Source: Alphaproteobacteria bacterium
GTDB lineage: Bacteria > Pseudomonadota > Alphaproteobacteria > SHVV01
Length of the DNA stretch: 64,000 nucleotides
Direction of reading: 5' to 3'
NCBI GenBank assembly: GCA_965261735.1
Contig: OZ253470.1
Span: 448,001 to 512,000 of the forward strand
Position 1 is the stretch's first letter, and the number at the start of each line of letters is the position of its first letter. Position numbers and translations under genes: made by a program. Positions 50,871 to 61,547 of the stretch are shown in pieces. The notes beneath the pieces are model-generated. The model was not told the origin of the DNA. It saw only the letters and a program-made list of their open reading frames with translations, and made no database searches.

Positions 50871-51647
50871 ATGCCCGACCCGCTCGGAAATTTCTCCTAC
50901 GTCTGGCCCTTCTATGCCGCGGTCCTGATCGGTTATCTCGCCGGGTCGATCCCGTTCGCCCTGATCATCGGCTACCGCGCCGGGATCGGCGATCTGCGCA
51001 AGCGCGGCTCCGGCAACATCGGTGCTACCAACATGCTGCGCGAGGGCGGCCGGGTATTGGCATTGTTGACGCTAATCCTCGACGCCGCCAAGGGCGCGCT
51101 GCCGGCCCTCGTCGCCGGCACCTACTTGACGCAAGACTTCGCGGTCCTTGCCGGGGCCGGCGCCTTTCTCGGCCACCTCTTTCCGGTCTGGCTGAAGCGG
51201 CGCAGTGTGACCGAGCTCGCCTTCGCGGTGGCGGTGGTGCTGGCGCTCGTCTTCGCCTACACGCTGCTCGCGGGCACGACCAACCTTTACCTCAAGGCCC
51301 TCGGGTTGCCCCTCGCCATTGGCTGCGCCTTTCTGGCTTGGGGTGGCAAGGGGGTGGCGACCGGGCTCGGAGTCCTGCTGGCGATCTCGTGGCCGGTCGG
51401 CGTTCTCGCGCTCGCAACCTGGCTTGTCGTCGCGCTGCTCTTCCGTTTCGCCTCGGTCGCCGGCATCGCCGCGTTTGCCGCGGCGGTGGCCTATGCCTGG
51501 TGGCTCTCGGACCTCCAACGCACCGAGCTCGCGGGCTTTCTCGCGGTATTCGTTCTCGTGCGCCACTTCAGCAACGTTCGCGACCTGATTCGCGGCCGGG
51601 AGGCGCGCATCAGCGTCGGCGGCGGCGCTTCCAAGCCCGGCCCATGA
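50871..51647 (+). CDS. plsY: Glycerol-3-phosphate acyltransferase with internal hydrophobic insertion
   Basis: GSIPF, GSGNIGATN, GHLFPVW, GGKGVAT, RHFSN. Confidence 0.92.
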   Translation: MPDPLGNFSYVWPFYAAVLIGYLAGSIPFALIIGYRAGIGDLRKRGSGNIGATNMLREGGRVLALLTLILDAAKGALPALVAGTYLTQDFAVLAGAGAFLGHLFPVWLKRRSVTELAFAVAVVLALVFAYTLLAGTTNLYLKALGLPLAIGCAFLAWGGKGVATGLGVLLAISWPVGVLALATWLVVALLFRFASVAGIAAFAAAVAYAWWLSDLQRTELAGFLAVFVLVRHFSNVRDLIRGREARISVGGGASKPGP

Positions 51648-52771
51648 TCGATATCGCGACCCCGAAAGATGACGCCGAGCGGCTCGACTGGCTGCGCCTC
51701 ATACGGACCGAGAACGTCGGCCCGATCACCTTCCTCGAGTTGATGCGCCGCTTCGAGACGGCGGCCAAGGCCCTCGAGACGCTCCCCGAATTGGCGCGCC
51801 GCGGCGGCCGGCGCCGGCCCGTTCGCGTGTGCTCACGCGCCGAAGCCGAGCGCGAATTCGCGGCCACTCAGGCGGCCGGCGCGCACTATCTGGCCATCTC
51901 CGACCCCGGCTATCCAGCCCCGCTCTCCGCCATCGCCGACGCCCCACCGCTCATTGTCGTCAAGGGTTTCGCCCATCTGCTTGACAAACCTACCCTCGCG
52001 ATCGTCGGTGCCCGCAACGCCTCGGCGAACGGTGCGCGCCTGGCCCGCAGGCTCGCGACCGACCTCGGCGCGCGCGGCTGGATCATCGCTTCGGGGCTGG
52101 CGCGCGGCATCGATGGGGCGGCCCATGGCGGCGCAATGTCGACGGGCACGGTCGCCGTTCTCGCCGGCGGTATCGACGTGATCTATCCCAGGGAGAACGA
52201 GCGCCTTTATCATGAGATCGCCGAAGCCGGCGTGCTGATCTCGGAGATGGCGGCCGGCGCGCCGCCGCAGGCGCGTCATTTCCCGCGCCGCAACCGCCTG
52301 GTGTCGGGACTTGCGCGCGGCGTCGTCGTCGTCGAGGCGGCGCTGCGCTCGGGCTCCCTGATCACGGCCCGCTTGGCGGCCGAGCAAGGGCGCGAGGTGT
52401 TTGCGGTTCCCGGATCCCCACTCGACCCGCGGGCGCGGGGCACCAACAATCTCATCCGTGACGGCGCCGTCCTGACCGAGGGCGCCGACGATGTCATCGC
52501 GGCACTCGAGCGTACCTTGGCGCCGCCGCTGACGGAGCCGCCGGAGCGCTATGTGGCTCCCCCCGGTGCCGCGCCGAGCGAGGCCGACCTCGATCGCGGG
52601 CGAGCCACCATCCACACCCTGCTCGCGCCGGCGCCGGTCGGGGTCGACGAGCTCGTGCGCCAGTCGGATTTGACACCGGCAGTGGTTTTGACCATTTTGC
52701 TGGAGCTTGAGCTCGCGGGTCGCCTGCAGCGCCATCCCGGAAACCAAGTTTCCCTGACCGATAGCGACTGA
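51644..52771 (+). CDS. dprA: DNA-processing protein DprA
   Basis: AIVGAR, SGLARGID, FPRRNR, SGSLITA, VFAVPG. Confidence 0.95.
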   Translation: MIDIATPKDDAERLDWLRLIRTENVGPITFLELMRRFETAAKALETLPELARRGGRRRPVRVCSRAEAEREFAATQAAGAHYLAISDPGYPAPLSAIADAPPLIVVKGFAHLLDKPTLAIVGARNASANGARLARRLATDLGARGWIIASGLARGIDGAAHGGAMSTGTVAVLAGGIDVIYPRENERLYHEIAEAGVLISEMAAGAPPQARHFPRRNRLVSGLARGVVVVEAALRSGSLITARLAAEQGREVFAVPGSPLDPRARGTNNLIRDGAVLTEGADDVIAALERTLAPPLTEPPERYVAPPGAAPSEADLDRGRATIHTLLAPAPVGVDELVRQSDLTPAVVLTILLELELAGRLQRHPGNQVSLTDSD

Positions 52772-52842
52772 TCGATTGGCCGCCGCGAGGCAGGCGCGAG
52801 CGAGCCAAGTGCGTAGATCCTGTTAGGTATATAGATTCTGTC

Positions 52843-55434
52843 ATGGACGTCGTCGTCGTCGAGTCCCCGGCCAAGGCCAAAACGATCAACAAGTACCTCG
52901 GCGCTGACTTCATCGTCCTGCCGAGCTACGGCCACGTGCGCGATCTGCCCCCGCGTGAAGGCTCTGTGCGTCCCGACGACGACTTCGCGATGACGTACGA
53001 GATCGACCCCAAGGCCGACAAGCACCTCGGCGCCATCGCGCGCGCGGCGCGCGGCGCGCAGCACCTCTACCTCGCCACCGACCCCGACCGCGAAGGCGAA
53101 GCCATCTCGTGGCACGTGCTCAAGGCCCTTGAGGAGCGCGACGCGACCAAGGGCGTGGCCGTCAAGCGTGTCGTCTTCAACGAGATCACCGAACGCGCCG
53201 TGCTCGAAGCGATGCGCCACCCACGCGATCTCGACCTCGACCTGATCAACGCCCAGCAGGCGCGCCGGGCGCTCGACTACCTCGTCGGCTTCGGGTTGTC
53301 GCCGGTGCTATGGCGCAAGCTGCCGGGGGCCCGCTCGGCCGGGCGCGTGCAGTCGGTCGCACTGCGGCTCATCTGCGATCGGGCGCTCGAGATCGAAGCC
53401 TTCGTACGCCAGGAGTACTGGACCATCGACGCCGACTTTCGCACGGCGGATGGCGTCTCCTTCGGCGCCCGGCTGGTCACCCTCGCGGACACCAAGCTCG
53501 ACAAGTTCGCGCTAACCGACGAGGCCGCCGCCGAGGCCGCGGTCGCCGAGATCACAGGCGCGGCGGGCTTTGGCGTCTCGGCCGTCGAGTCCAAGGAGCG
53601 CGCGCGCCACCCGCGGCCGCCCTTCACGACCTCGACCCTTCAGCAGGAGGCGTCGCGCAAGCTCGGACTGCGGCCGCGGCGCACCATGGACATCGCCCAG
53701 CGGCTCTACGAGGGCATCGATATCGGCAGCGGTACCGTTGGCCTGATCACCTATATGCGTACCGACGGTGTCCAGATCGCGCGCGAGGCGACCGCGGCTG
53801 CGCGGGGCGTCATCGGCGAGGCCTACGGCGCCGCCTACGTTCCCGATCAGCCGCGCGGCTACAAGAGCACTGCCCGCAATGCGCAGGAAGCCCATGAGGC
53901 GATCCGGCCGACCGGCGTCGAGCGCCGGCCCGAGCACCTCGCCCGCTATCTCGACGCAGACCAGCGGCGACTCTACGAGCTGATTTGGAAGCGCACGGTG
54001 GCGAGCCAAATGGCGAGCGCGCGCATCGGCCTGACCGCCATCGACATCGCCGACGCGAGCGGCCGATGCGCGTTTCGTACGACCGGCTCCGTCATCCTCT
54101 TCGACGGCTTCCTGCGGCTCTACCAGGAGGGGCGGGACGACGTCGGCGAGGACGAGGACCAGAAGGAACTGCCGCAGGTCGCGGCCGGCGACGCCCTCGA
54201 GCGGGAGGGCGTCCGCCCGAGCCAGCATTTCACCGAGCCGCCGCCGCGCTACACGGAAGCGACGCTGGTCAAGCGGCTCGAGGAGCTCGGCATCGGCCGG
54301 CCTTCGACCTACGCGAGCATCCTGTCGGTGCTCCAGGAGCGCGACTACGTGCGGCTCGAGAAGGGCCGCTTCGAGCCCGAAGACCGCGGGCGCCTCGTCA
54401 CCGCGTTCCTCGGCGAGTTCTTTAGGCGCTACGTCGAGTACGACTTCACCGCCGACCTCGAGACGAGGCTCGACGACATTTCGGCCGGCAAGGTTGCGTG
54501 GACGCAGGTGCTGCGGGACTTCTGGCAGGACTTCAAGCCGGCGATCGAGGGCATGGGCGAGGTGCGCGTGCGTGACGTTCTCGAGGCCCTCAACGAGATT
54601 CTCGGACCGCACATCTTCCCGGCGCGCGACTCGGAACCCGATCCCAGGCGATGCCCCTCCTGCGCCGAAGGCCGGCTCAGCCTGAAGGTCGGCCGCTATG
54701 GCGCCTTCGTCGGCTGCTCCAACTACCCCGAGTGCCGCCATACGCGACGCCTCGCCTTGGGCGAAGGCGGCGCCGAGGCGGCGGCCGACGAGGGCCCGCG
54801 AGAGATCGGGCAAGATCCCGAGAGCGGTGCGGTCGTGACCCTGCGTCAGGGTCCGTATGGCCCCTACGTTCAGCTCGGCGACGGCGATGGCGGGAGCAAG
54901 CCGAAACGGGTCGCGCTGCCGCCGACGATCGCGCTTGACGAGGTCGACCTCGGACGCGCTCTGGCGCTCTTGGCGCTTCCGCGCGAAATCGGACACCACC
55001 CCGAGAGCGGCAAGACGATCAGCGCGGGCATCGGGCGCTATGGCCCCTACCTTCGCCACGACGGCGCTTACGCGGGGCTCGGCGCCGACGACGACGTCCT
55101 CACGATCGGCCTCAACCGCGCCGTGACCTTGCTCGCCGCACCGCGCGGGCGCGGCGGCCGGGGCAACCAGCTCGTGCGCAGCCTTGGCGATCACCCCAGC
55201 GACGGCAAGCCCGTCAACCTCATGAAGGGACGCTTCGGGCTCTACGTGACCCACGGCGGGGTCAACGCCGGACTGCCCAAAGAAAGCGAGGGCGACGAGA
55301 TTGCGCTCGACGAGGCGGTCGCGCTGGTGCAGGCCCGGGCCAGCGCCAAGGGAGGCCGGCGCACACGCAAGCCGGCTAAGGGCGCCACGCGCCGCCGTCG
55401 AGGAACCGGTGGCGGCAGCGCCACGCCCCGCTAG
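52843..55434 (+). CDS. topA: DNA topoisomerase I
   Basis: VESPAKAK, DPDREGEAI, SAGRVQS, ITYMRTD, GIGRPSTY. Confidence 0.98.
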   Translation: MDVVVVESPAKAKTINKYLGADFIVLPSYGHVRDLPPREGSVRPDDDFAMTYEIDPKADKHLGAIARAARGAQHLYLATDPDREGEAISWHVLKALEERDATKGVAVKRVVFNEITERAVLEAMRHPRDLDLDLINAQQARRALDYLVGFGLSPVLWRKLPGARSAGRVQSVALRLICDRALEIEAFVRQEYWTIDADFRTADGVSFGARLVTLADTKLDKFALTDEAAAEAAVAEITGAAGFGVSAVESKERARHPRPPFTTSTLQQEASRKLGLRPRRTMDIAQRLYEGIDIGSGTVGLITYMRTDGVQIAREATAAARGVIGEAYGAAYVPDQPRGYKSTARNAQEAHEAIRPTGVERRPEHLARYLDADQRRLYELIWKRTVASQMASARIGLTAIDIADASGRCAFRTTGSVILFDGFLRLYQEGRDDVGEDEDQKELPQVAAGDALEREGVRPSQHFTEPPPRYTEATLVKRLEELGIGRPSTYASILSVLQERDYVRLEKGRFEPEDRGRLVTAFLGEFFRRYVEYDFTADLETRLDDISAGKVAWTQVLRDFWQDFKPAIEGMGEVRVRDVLEALNEILGPHIFPARDSEPDPRRCPSCAEGRLSLKVGRYGAFVGCSNYPECRHTRRLALGEGGAEAAADEGPREIGQDPESGAVVTLRQGPYGPYVQLGDGDGGSKPKRVALPPTIALDEVDLGRALALLALPREIGHHPESGKTISAGIGRYGPYLRHDGAYAGLGADDDVLTIGLNRAVTLLAAPRGRGGRGNQLVRSLGDHPSDGKPVNLMKGRFGLYVTHGGVNAGLPKESEGDEIALDEAVALVQARASAKGGRRTRKPAKGATRRRRGTGGGSATPR

Positions 55435-55449
55435 GGCGGACCACATCGT

Positions 55450-57684
55450 TTGACGCGCTCTCGCGCCAACGAGCCGGCGCCGCTACCAACGCGGGAACAG
55501 CTCCTACGCTTTATCGGCGAGCGGGGCGGCCGCGTCGACAAGCGCGAGATCGGGCGCGCCTTCAACGTCCGGGCCGCCGATCGCGGTGCGTTGCGGGCCC
55601 TGCTTAAGGACCTCGTCGACCAAGGCGCGGTCGAGCGCGGCCCGGGCCGGGGGGTTCGCGCCGCGGCGGAGCTCCCCCAAGTGGGCGTGGTCGAGATCAT
55701 CGATACGGATGTCGACGGCGAGGTCTACGCCCGTCCGGTGGCCTGGCGCGGCGAGGCGGCGGCGCCCCGAATCGTTCTTGTTCCCGACCGTCGACTGACG
55801 CGCACCGCGCCGGGTATCGGCGAGCGCGTGTTGGCGCGCCTGACCAAGATCGAAGACGGCCTCTACGAGGCCCGCGCCATGCGCCTACTGGGCACCGCCC
55901 GGCGCGAAGTCCTCGGGGTCTACGAGGTGGTTGGCGGGCGCGGCCGGCTGAGGCCCACGGACCGCAAGCTGCGCCAGGAGTACGATGTCTCGGCCGCCGA
56001 CTCGCACGGGGCCGAGCCCGGAGAGGTGGTGCTCGCCGAGGCCGCCGGGGGGCGTCGCAAGGGGTTGCCCTGTGCCCGTATCACCGAGCGCCTCGGGCAT
56101 ATGGGCGCGCCGCGCTCGTTCAGCCTGATCGCCATGCATACACATGGCATACGCGCCTCCTTCGACGAGCGCGAGCTCGCGGCCGCCGCCGTCGCCAAGC
56201 CCGCCCCGCCCGCGGGGCGCGCCGACTTGACCGACATTCCGCTCATCACGATCGATCCCGACGATGCCCGCGACTTCGATGACGCCGTGTGGGCCGAGCC
56301 TGATCCCAGCCCCGACAACCCTGGCGGCTGGCACATCCTCGTCGCCATCGCCGATGTCGCCCACTTCGTCACGCCCGATAGCGTGCTCGACCGCGCGGCG
56401 CGGGAACGCGGCTTTTCGGTCTACTTTCCGGACCGCGTGGTTCCCATGCTCCCCGAGGCGCTGTCGTCCGACCTGTGCTCACTCAAGCCGGGCGAGCCGC
56501 GGTCCTGCCTCGCCGTCCACCTGTGGTTCGACTCCTCGGGCCGCAAGCGCCGCCACACCTTCGTGCGCGCCATCATGCGCTCGGCCGCGCGCCTCACCTA
56601 CCGGCAGATGGCCGACGCGCACCAGGGACGCCCGGACGCCGATACCGGGCCGCTTGCCGATACCGTGATCGCACCGCTCTACGCGGCCTACGATACGCTC
56701 ACGCGAGCCCGCACGCGGCGCCAACCGCTCGATATCGCGCTGCCCGAGCGCGAGGTCCGGATTGGCCCGGACGGTCGAATTGCGGCGGTCAGCGAGCGCC
56801 AGGTGCACGACAGCAACAAGCTGATCGAGGAGCTGATGATACAGGCCAACGTCGCGGCGGCGGAGAGCCTGGAGGCAGCCAAGACGCCCTGCATGTACCG
56901 GGTGCACGAGCCGCCGGATCGCGAGCGGGTGGCCGCGCTGAGCGGTTTCCTCGCCACCCTGGGCTATCGTCTGCCGCGCGGCGAAACCCTCAGGCCGGCG
57001 CTCTTCAATCGCGTCCTCACCAAGGCTCGGGGCACGCCCCACGATCACCTCGTCAACGAGGTCATCCTGCGGTGTCAGGCGCGCGCGCTGTATGACCCCG
57101 ACAATCTCGGACATTTCGGGCTCAACCTTAAGCGCTACGCCCACTTTACCTCGCCCATCCGCCGCTATGCGGATCTCCTCGTCCACCGCGCGCTGATCTC
57201 CGCCCTCGGTCTCGGCGCCGGCGGCCTCGGCCCCGAGGCCAGCGATTTCGCCGTCATCGGTGAGCACATCTCGGCCGCGGAGCGGCGCGCCACCGCCGCC
57301 GAGCGCGAGGCTCTCGACCGCTTTACGGCGGCCTATATGGCGGACCGCGTGGGCGGATCGTTCACCGGTCGTATTTCAGGCGTGTCCCGATTTGGGCTCT
57401 TTGTCGCCCTGCCCGAAACGGGCGCCGAGGGGATCGTGCCCATGCGCCTCCTCGCGGACGATTATTACCGGCACGACGAGGCGGGCCATGCTCTTGTCGG
57501 CCGGGCCACGAGCCGCAGGTACCGCCTCGGCGACCTGGTCGAGGTGCGCCTCGCCGCCGCCGACTCGATCACCGGCAGCCTGCTGTTCGAGCTCGTCGCC
57601 GACCGCGGGCTCGATCCGCTGCCGTCGCCGAGGCGAGGGCGACCGCCAAAGAAGCAGGTGGCCGCGCGGAGGCAACGCAGATGA
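55450..57684 (+). CDS. rnr: Ribonuclease R
   Basis: TIDPDDARDFDDA, HFTSPIRRYADL, C-terminal S1 domain. Confidence 0.96.
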   Translation: MTRSRANEPAPLPTREQLLRFIGERGGRVDKREIGRAFNVRAADRGALRALLKDLVDQGAVERGPGRGVRAAAELPQVGVVEIIDTDVDGEVYARPVAWRGEAAAPRIVLVPDRRLTRTAPGIGERVLARLTKIEDGLYEARAMRLLGTARREVLGVYEVVGGRGRLRPTDRKLRQEYDVSAADSHGAEPGEVVLAEAAGGRRKGLPCARITERLGHMGAPRSFSLIAMHTHGIRASFDERELAAAAVAKPAPPAGRADLTDIPLITIDPDDARDFDDAVWAEPDPSPDNPGGWHILVAIADVAHFVTPDSVLDRAARERGFSVYFPDRVVPMLPEALSSDLCSLKPGEPRSCLAVHLWFDSSGRKRRHTFVRAIMRSAARLTYRQMADAHQGRPDADTGPLADTVIAPLYAAYDTLTRARTRRQPLDIALPEREVRIGPDGRIAAVSERQVHDSNKLIEELMIQANVAAAESLEAAKTPCMYRVHEPPDRERVAALSGFLATLGYRLPRGETLRPALFNRVLTKARGTPHDHLVNEVILRCQARALYDPDNLGHFGLNLKRYAHFTSPIRRYADLLVHRALISALGLGAGGLGPEASDFAVIGEHISAAERRATAAEREALDRFTAAYMADRVGGSFTGRISGVSRFGLFVALPETGAEGIVPMRLLADDYYRHDEAGHALVGRATSRRYRLGDLVEVRLAAADSITGSLLFELVADRGLDPLPSPRRGRPPKKQVAARRQRR

Positions 57685-57727
57685 GGGCGCATCACGCGCC
57701 GCGGCGGCCCGCGCGCGGGGCCGCCTG

Positions 57728-58396
57728 ATGGCGGCCGCCGCCCCGCGCCCGCGGGACGCGGCCACGCTCGTGCTGTTTCGCCGTCGTCGCGGCGCGACCG
57801 AAATATTGATGGGCCGGCGGCGGCAGCGCGCCGCCTTCATGCCCGGCTTCTACGTCTTTCCCGGCGGCCGGCTCGACCCTGCCGACGCGCGCGCCCGAGC
57901 CGCAAGCGAGTTGCGCGAGGACGTGATGGCGCAGCTACTGCCGTTTGCGTCGCGGCGCCGGTCGCGCGCCCTGGCGATGGCGGCCGTGCGCGAGACCTTC
58001 GAGGAGACCGGCCTCGTCCTCGGGCGACCGGGCATCCGCCAGGGCGTGGACGCCCCGCCGGCCTGGCAGGCATTCGACCGCACCGGCCTCGCGCCTGCAC
58101 TCGACGTGCTCGATTATGTCGGCCGTGCCATCACGCCGCCAGGCCAGCCGCGCCGCTTCCACGCGCGCTTTTTCATTGCCGATTCGACGCACCTGCGCGG
58201 CACGCTCACCCATGGCGGCGAGCTCCTCGACCTCGGATTCATTGCCGCCGAGGTCGCGCGCGAGCTGCCGACGGCCTCGATCACGAGATTCGTCCTGGCG
58301 GGCATCGAGGGCCTCCTCGCGGCAACGGGCGATCCCGGTGCGCGACCACCCCCGTTCGCGTTCGTCAACCGGCGGCCTCGACTTACCCCGGTGTGA
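57728..58396 (+). CDS. NUDIX hydrolase
   Basis: YVFPGGRLD, AVRETFEETG, ITPP...RRFHARFF. Confidence 0.9.
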   Translation: MAAAAPRPRDAATLVLFRRRRGATEILMGRRRQRAAFMPGFYVFPGGRLDPADARARAASELREDVMAQLLPFASRRRSRALAMAAVRETFEETGLVLGRPGIRQGVDAPPAWQAFDRTGLAPALDVLDYVGRAITPPGQPRRFHARFFIADSTHLRGTLTHGGELLDLGFIAAEVARELPTASITRFVLAGIEGLLAATGDPGARPPPFAFVNRRPRLTPV

Positions 58397-58411
58397 CGCG
58401 CCGCTCGACCC

Positions 58412-58439
58412 TTGACTTGGGGTTGCGGCCGCGTATGTT
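58412..58439 (+). promoter_or_regulatory. Putative sigma70 promoter of rpmG
   Basis: TTGACT-N16-TATGTT, 40 bp upstream of the start. Confidence 0.45.
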
Positions 58440-58478
58440 CACCGACGACGACATCGACGAGCGGCGGGGAGCGCACCC

Positions 58479-58646
58479 ATGGCCAAGCCGACGACCATTA
58501 AGATCAAAATGGTGAGCAGCGCGGAGACGGGCTACTACTACGTGACCAAGAAGAACGCTCGCACGCAGACGGACAAGCTCGAGATGCGCCGCTACGACCC
58601 GGTCGCGCGCAAGCACGTCCTGTTCAAGGAAACGAAGATCAAGTAG
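58479..58646 (+). CDS. rpmG: 50S ribosomal protein L33 (Cys-free type), absent from the ORF track
   Basis: [55 protein letters not shown]. Confidence 0.97.
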   Translation: MAKPTTIKIKMVSSAETGYYYVTKKNARTQTDKLEMRRYDPVARKHVLFKETKIK

Positions 58647-58671
58647 CAGGCTTCGGCGCCGCGGCAACGAG

Positions 58672-58695
58672 GGCGGCCGCCGCGGGCGGCCGTTT
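58672..58695. terminator. GC hairpin between convergent rpmG and pleD
   Basis: CGGCCGCC-GCG-GGCGGCCG followed by TTTGCTTT. Confidence 0.5.
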
Positions 58696-59663
58696 GCTTT
58701 ACGCCGGTGCGGCCGCGGTAACGATCCTGTTGCGCCCGCTCCGCTTGGCGTCGATGAGGGCGCGGTCGGCGCGGCCAAGGAGTTCCTTGCCTTCCTCCTG
58801 CGCGCCCTCGGTGGCGGCAACGCCGATGCTGACGGTCACCGAAATCGCCGCGCCCCCGGGAGCGACCACGAACGGCTCGTCGGCGATCTGGCTACGCAGG
58901 CGCTCGGCGACGGACTTCGCCACCTCGAGGTCGGTGTCCGGCATGGTGACGACAAACTCCTCGCCGCCGTAGCGAGACGCAAGGTCGAGGCCGCGGACGT
59001 TGCGCGCGATACGCTGGCCGAACTCGGCCAGCACCTTGTCGCCGACAAGGTGCCCATGGGTGTCGTTAATCACCTTGAAGAAGTCGATATCGAGAAAGGG
59101 GACCGCGACAGGCTTGCCCTCGCCGCGGACCCGGCGCACCAGATTGTCGAGGTGGGTTTCCAGGTAGTTGCGGTTATGCAGGCCGGTCAAGTTGTCGGTC
59201 ACCGCCATCACCATGCTGTGGTGATAGTTGGCGCGAAGGCGGTCCTGGTAGCGCTTGCGGCGGATCTGCGCGCGCGCCCGCACCACGAGCTCATTGCGGT
59301 CGATCGGCTTGGTCACGTAGTCGTTGACCCCGATCTCCAGGGCCCGCACCAGCGCTTCGGTGTCGTCGCCGTCGACGAGTGCGACGAGGGACGCCTGGCG
59401 GGCCCGATCGGCGACGCGCAGCCGCGAGCACAATCTGAGGCCGTCGGCGCCGCGGTGGAGCAGGCTCACGATGATCAGGTCGAAAACGCTCTCGCCGCCG
59501 AGCGCCACCGCCTTGTCGCCGTCGGGTTCGACTTTGACGTCGCCGAACGGCGCCAGTGATTTGGCGACAAGCGCCCCGTCCGCCCTGCTGTCGTCGACTA
59601 CGAGCACGCGCGCTCCGTTGCCGCTGTCGGCCACCAGGTCGATTGCCTGATCGAGGACTCCGA

Positions 59664-61057
59664 GGCTGTGTCTCGAAAGTGGTGGAAATTTGAGGATGGC
59701 GTAATCTCCGGGTGACAAGACAACCACCCAATCGGCGGCTAGCACCGCCAAGGAGATCACGCCATGAAGAACACTACCGAGACTTCCGCGCTTTCGCTAC
59801 TGGCCAATGACGCCGGCTATGATCCGCTCGAGGACCGGCTGCGGGAGAACATCAGATCCACGATCGAGGCCGTTTTTGAGGAGGAACTTGCGCAGTTTCT
59901 CGGGCGCTGCCGATACGGTCGAGAGGACGCGCTTCGGCAAGGGTATCGGAACGGGCACCGGGAGCGGCAACTGACGGGGACATTCGGGACCGAGAGGGTG
60001 AGCGTGCCGCGTGCGCGGATCGTTGAGGAAGACGGTCGGGCGTCGGAATGGCGTTCGCGGGCGCTGCCGCGCTACCAGCGGCTGACCAGAAAGGCCGAGG
60101 CGCTGATCGCTTCGGTGTATCTGTCCGGAACCAACACGCGGCGGGTGAAACGCGCGCTGTTCGGGCTCTTCCGGGGTGCTGTGAGCAAGGACGTTGTGAG
60201 CCGGGCGTGGCGCAAGGTGAAGGTCGATTGGGACGCCTGGTGCAGCCGTGGCCTCGCGGATGAGGATATCGTTCGGCTGATCCTTGACGGCACTGTGATC
60301 AAGACCCGACTGGACCGCAAGGCCACCAACATCTCGGTTCTCGCGGCTATAGGGGTGCGCCGGGATGGCCAGAAGGTCTTGCTTTCGATCGGGAATATGG
60401 GCGGAGAAAGCCAGGCGGCGTGGCGCCAGTTCCTCGACGACCTTGATGCGCGTGGACTGAAACGGCCCGGGTTTGTCATCGTCGATGGCGCGCCGGGACT
60501 GGAGGCGGCTCTGTCGGCGCTTTGGGGCGATGACCTTCCCGTTCAACGCTGCACCGTGCACAAGCACCGCAACCTTCTGGGTCATGCTCCCAAACACATG
60601 CATGACGAGCTGAGCGAAGATTACCGCGATATGATCTATGCCGACACTGCCTCCGAGGTGGAAACCCGCCGCAAGGCGTTTGTCCGCAAGTGGCGGCTGA
60701 AATGCAGGGCCGTCGCGGACAGCCTCGCAGAAGCGGGCGACAAGCTCTTTACCTTCACGCGCCTGTCCAAGAGCCAATGGAAATCAGCCCGAACGACCAA
60801 CGCCATTGAGCGTCTCAACGAGGAGTTCAAGCGCCGGATCAAAACACAGACCGTGCTGCCGTGTCCCGAAACAGTGCCGATGCTCCTCTGGGCACTCCTC
60901 GCTTCCGGCCAAATCCAGATGCGCAAAGTCGATGGATGGGAAACCCTCGATCAGCTAATCGCCGACGAAACCCTTGACCGCGCAGCCTGACCGCCGCAAA
61001 ACTCAACCCGCTCGGAGAGGCGCCAAAACCAATTTCCACCACTTTCGAGACACAACC
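59664..61057 (+). mobile_element. IS256-family insertion sequence
   Basis: 27-bp IRs GG(C/T)TGTGTCTCGAAAGTGGTGGAAATT; 8-bp TSD GACTCCGA at 59656-59663 and 61058-61065. Confidence 0.96.
59764..60990 (+). CDS. IS256-family transposase
   Basis: YRNG.R.R, LILDG, VDGAPGL, QRCTVH, RTTNAIERLNEEFKRR. Confidence 0.95.
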   Translation: MKNTTETSALSLLANDAGYDPLEDRLRENIRSTIEAVFEEELAQFLGRCRYGREDALRQGYRNGHRERQLTGTFGTERVSVPRARIVEEDGRASEWRSRALPRYQRLTRKAEALIASVYLSGTNTRRVKRALFGLFRGAVSKDVVSRAWRKVKVDWDAWCSRGLADEDIVRLILDGTVIKTRLDRKATNISVLAAIGVRRDGQKVLLSIGNMGGESQAAWRQFLDDLDARGLKRPGFVIVDGAPGLEAALSALWGDDLPVQRCTVHKHRNLLGHAPKHMHDELSEDYRDMIYADTASEVETRRKAFVRKWRLKCRAVADSLAEAGDKLFTFTRLSKSQWKSARTTNAIERLNEEFKRRIKTQTVLPCPETVPMLLWALLASGQIQMRKVDGWETLDQLIADETLDRAA

Positions 61058-61547
61058 GACTCCGAGCTGGGCCACGGTCTGCTCGCGCAGCGTCAATTCA
61101 TCCATCATCAACTTGAGCCGGACCAGCGAGCGCACCCGCGCGAAGAGCGCCACGTCGTTTACGGGCTTGGTGAGAAAGTCGTCGGCACCCGCCTCGAGCC
61201 CGCGAACCCGATCGCTGGGCTGATCGAGGCCGGTAATCATAACCACCGGTAGGTGCGCGCTGTTGCGCTCCGACTTGATCCGGCGGCAGACGTCGAAACC
61301 GTCCATGCCCGGCAGCATCACGTCGAGCAGCACGATATCCGGAGAATCCGCCTCGATAAGGTCGAGCGCTTCCTCACCGGCGCGGGCCGTGCCGACATCG
61401 AAATACTCGGCCCGCAGCTTCGCCGTTAGAAGCTCAGTGGTCGGCAAGTCGTCCTCGACCACCAGGACGCGCGCCAGCATCGTTTTTAGCCGTTAGCGGC
61501 TAGAGCCGTGCCACGGGCAGGCAAGTGGCGGCAGGCGCGGCTCACAC

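Larger units (their letters stand above)
58699..61480 (-). pseudogene. pleD: PleD response regulator diguanylate cyclase (REC-REC-GGDEF), split by IS256
   Basis: REC1 LLDVMLPGMDG at 61058-61480; rejoins QLGV|LDQ into REC2 and GGEEF with RGLD I-site at 58699-59663. Confidence 0.93.
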
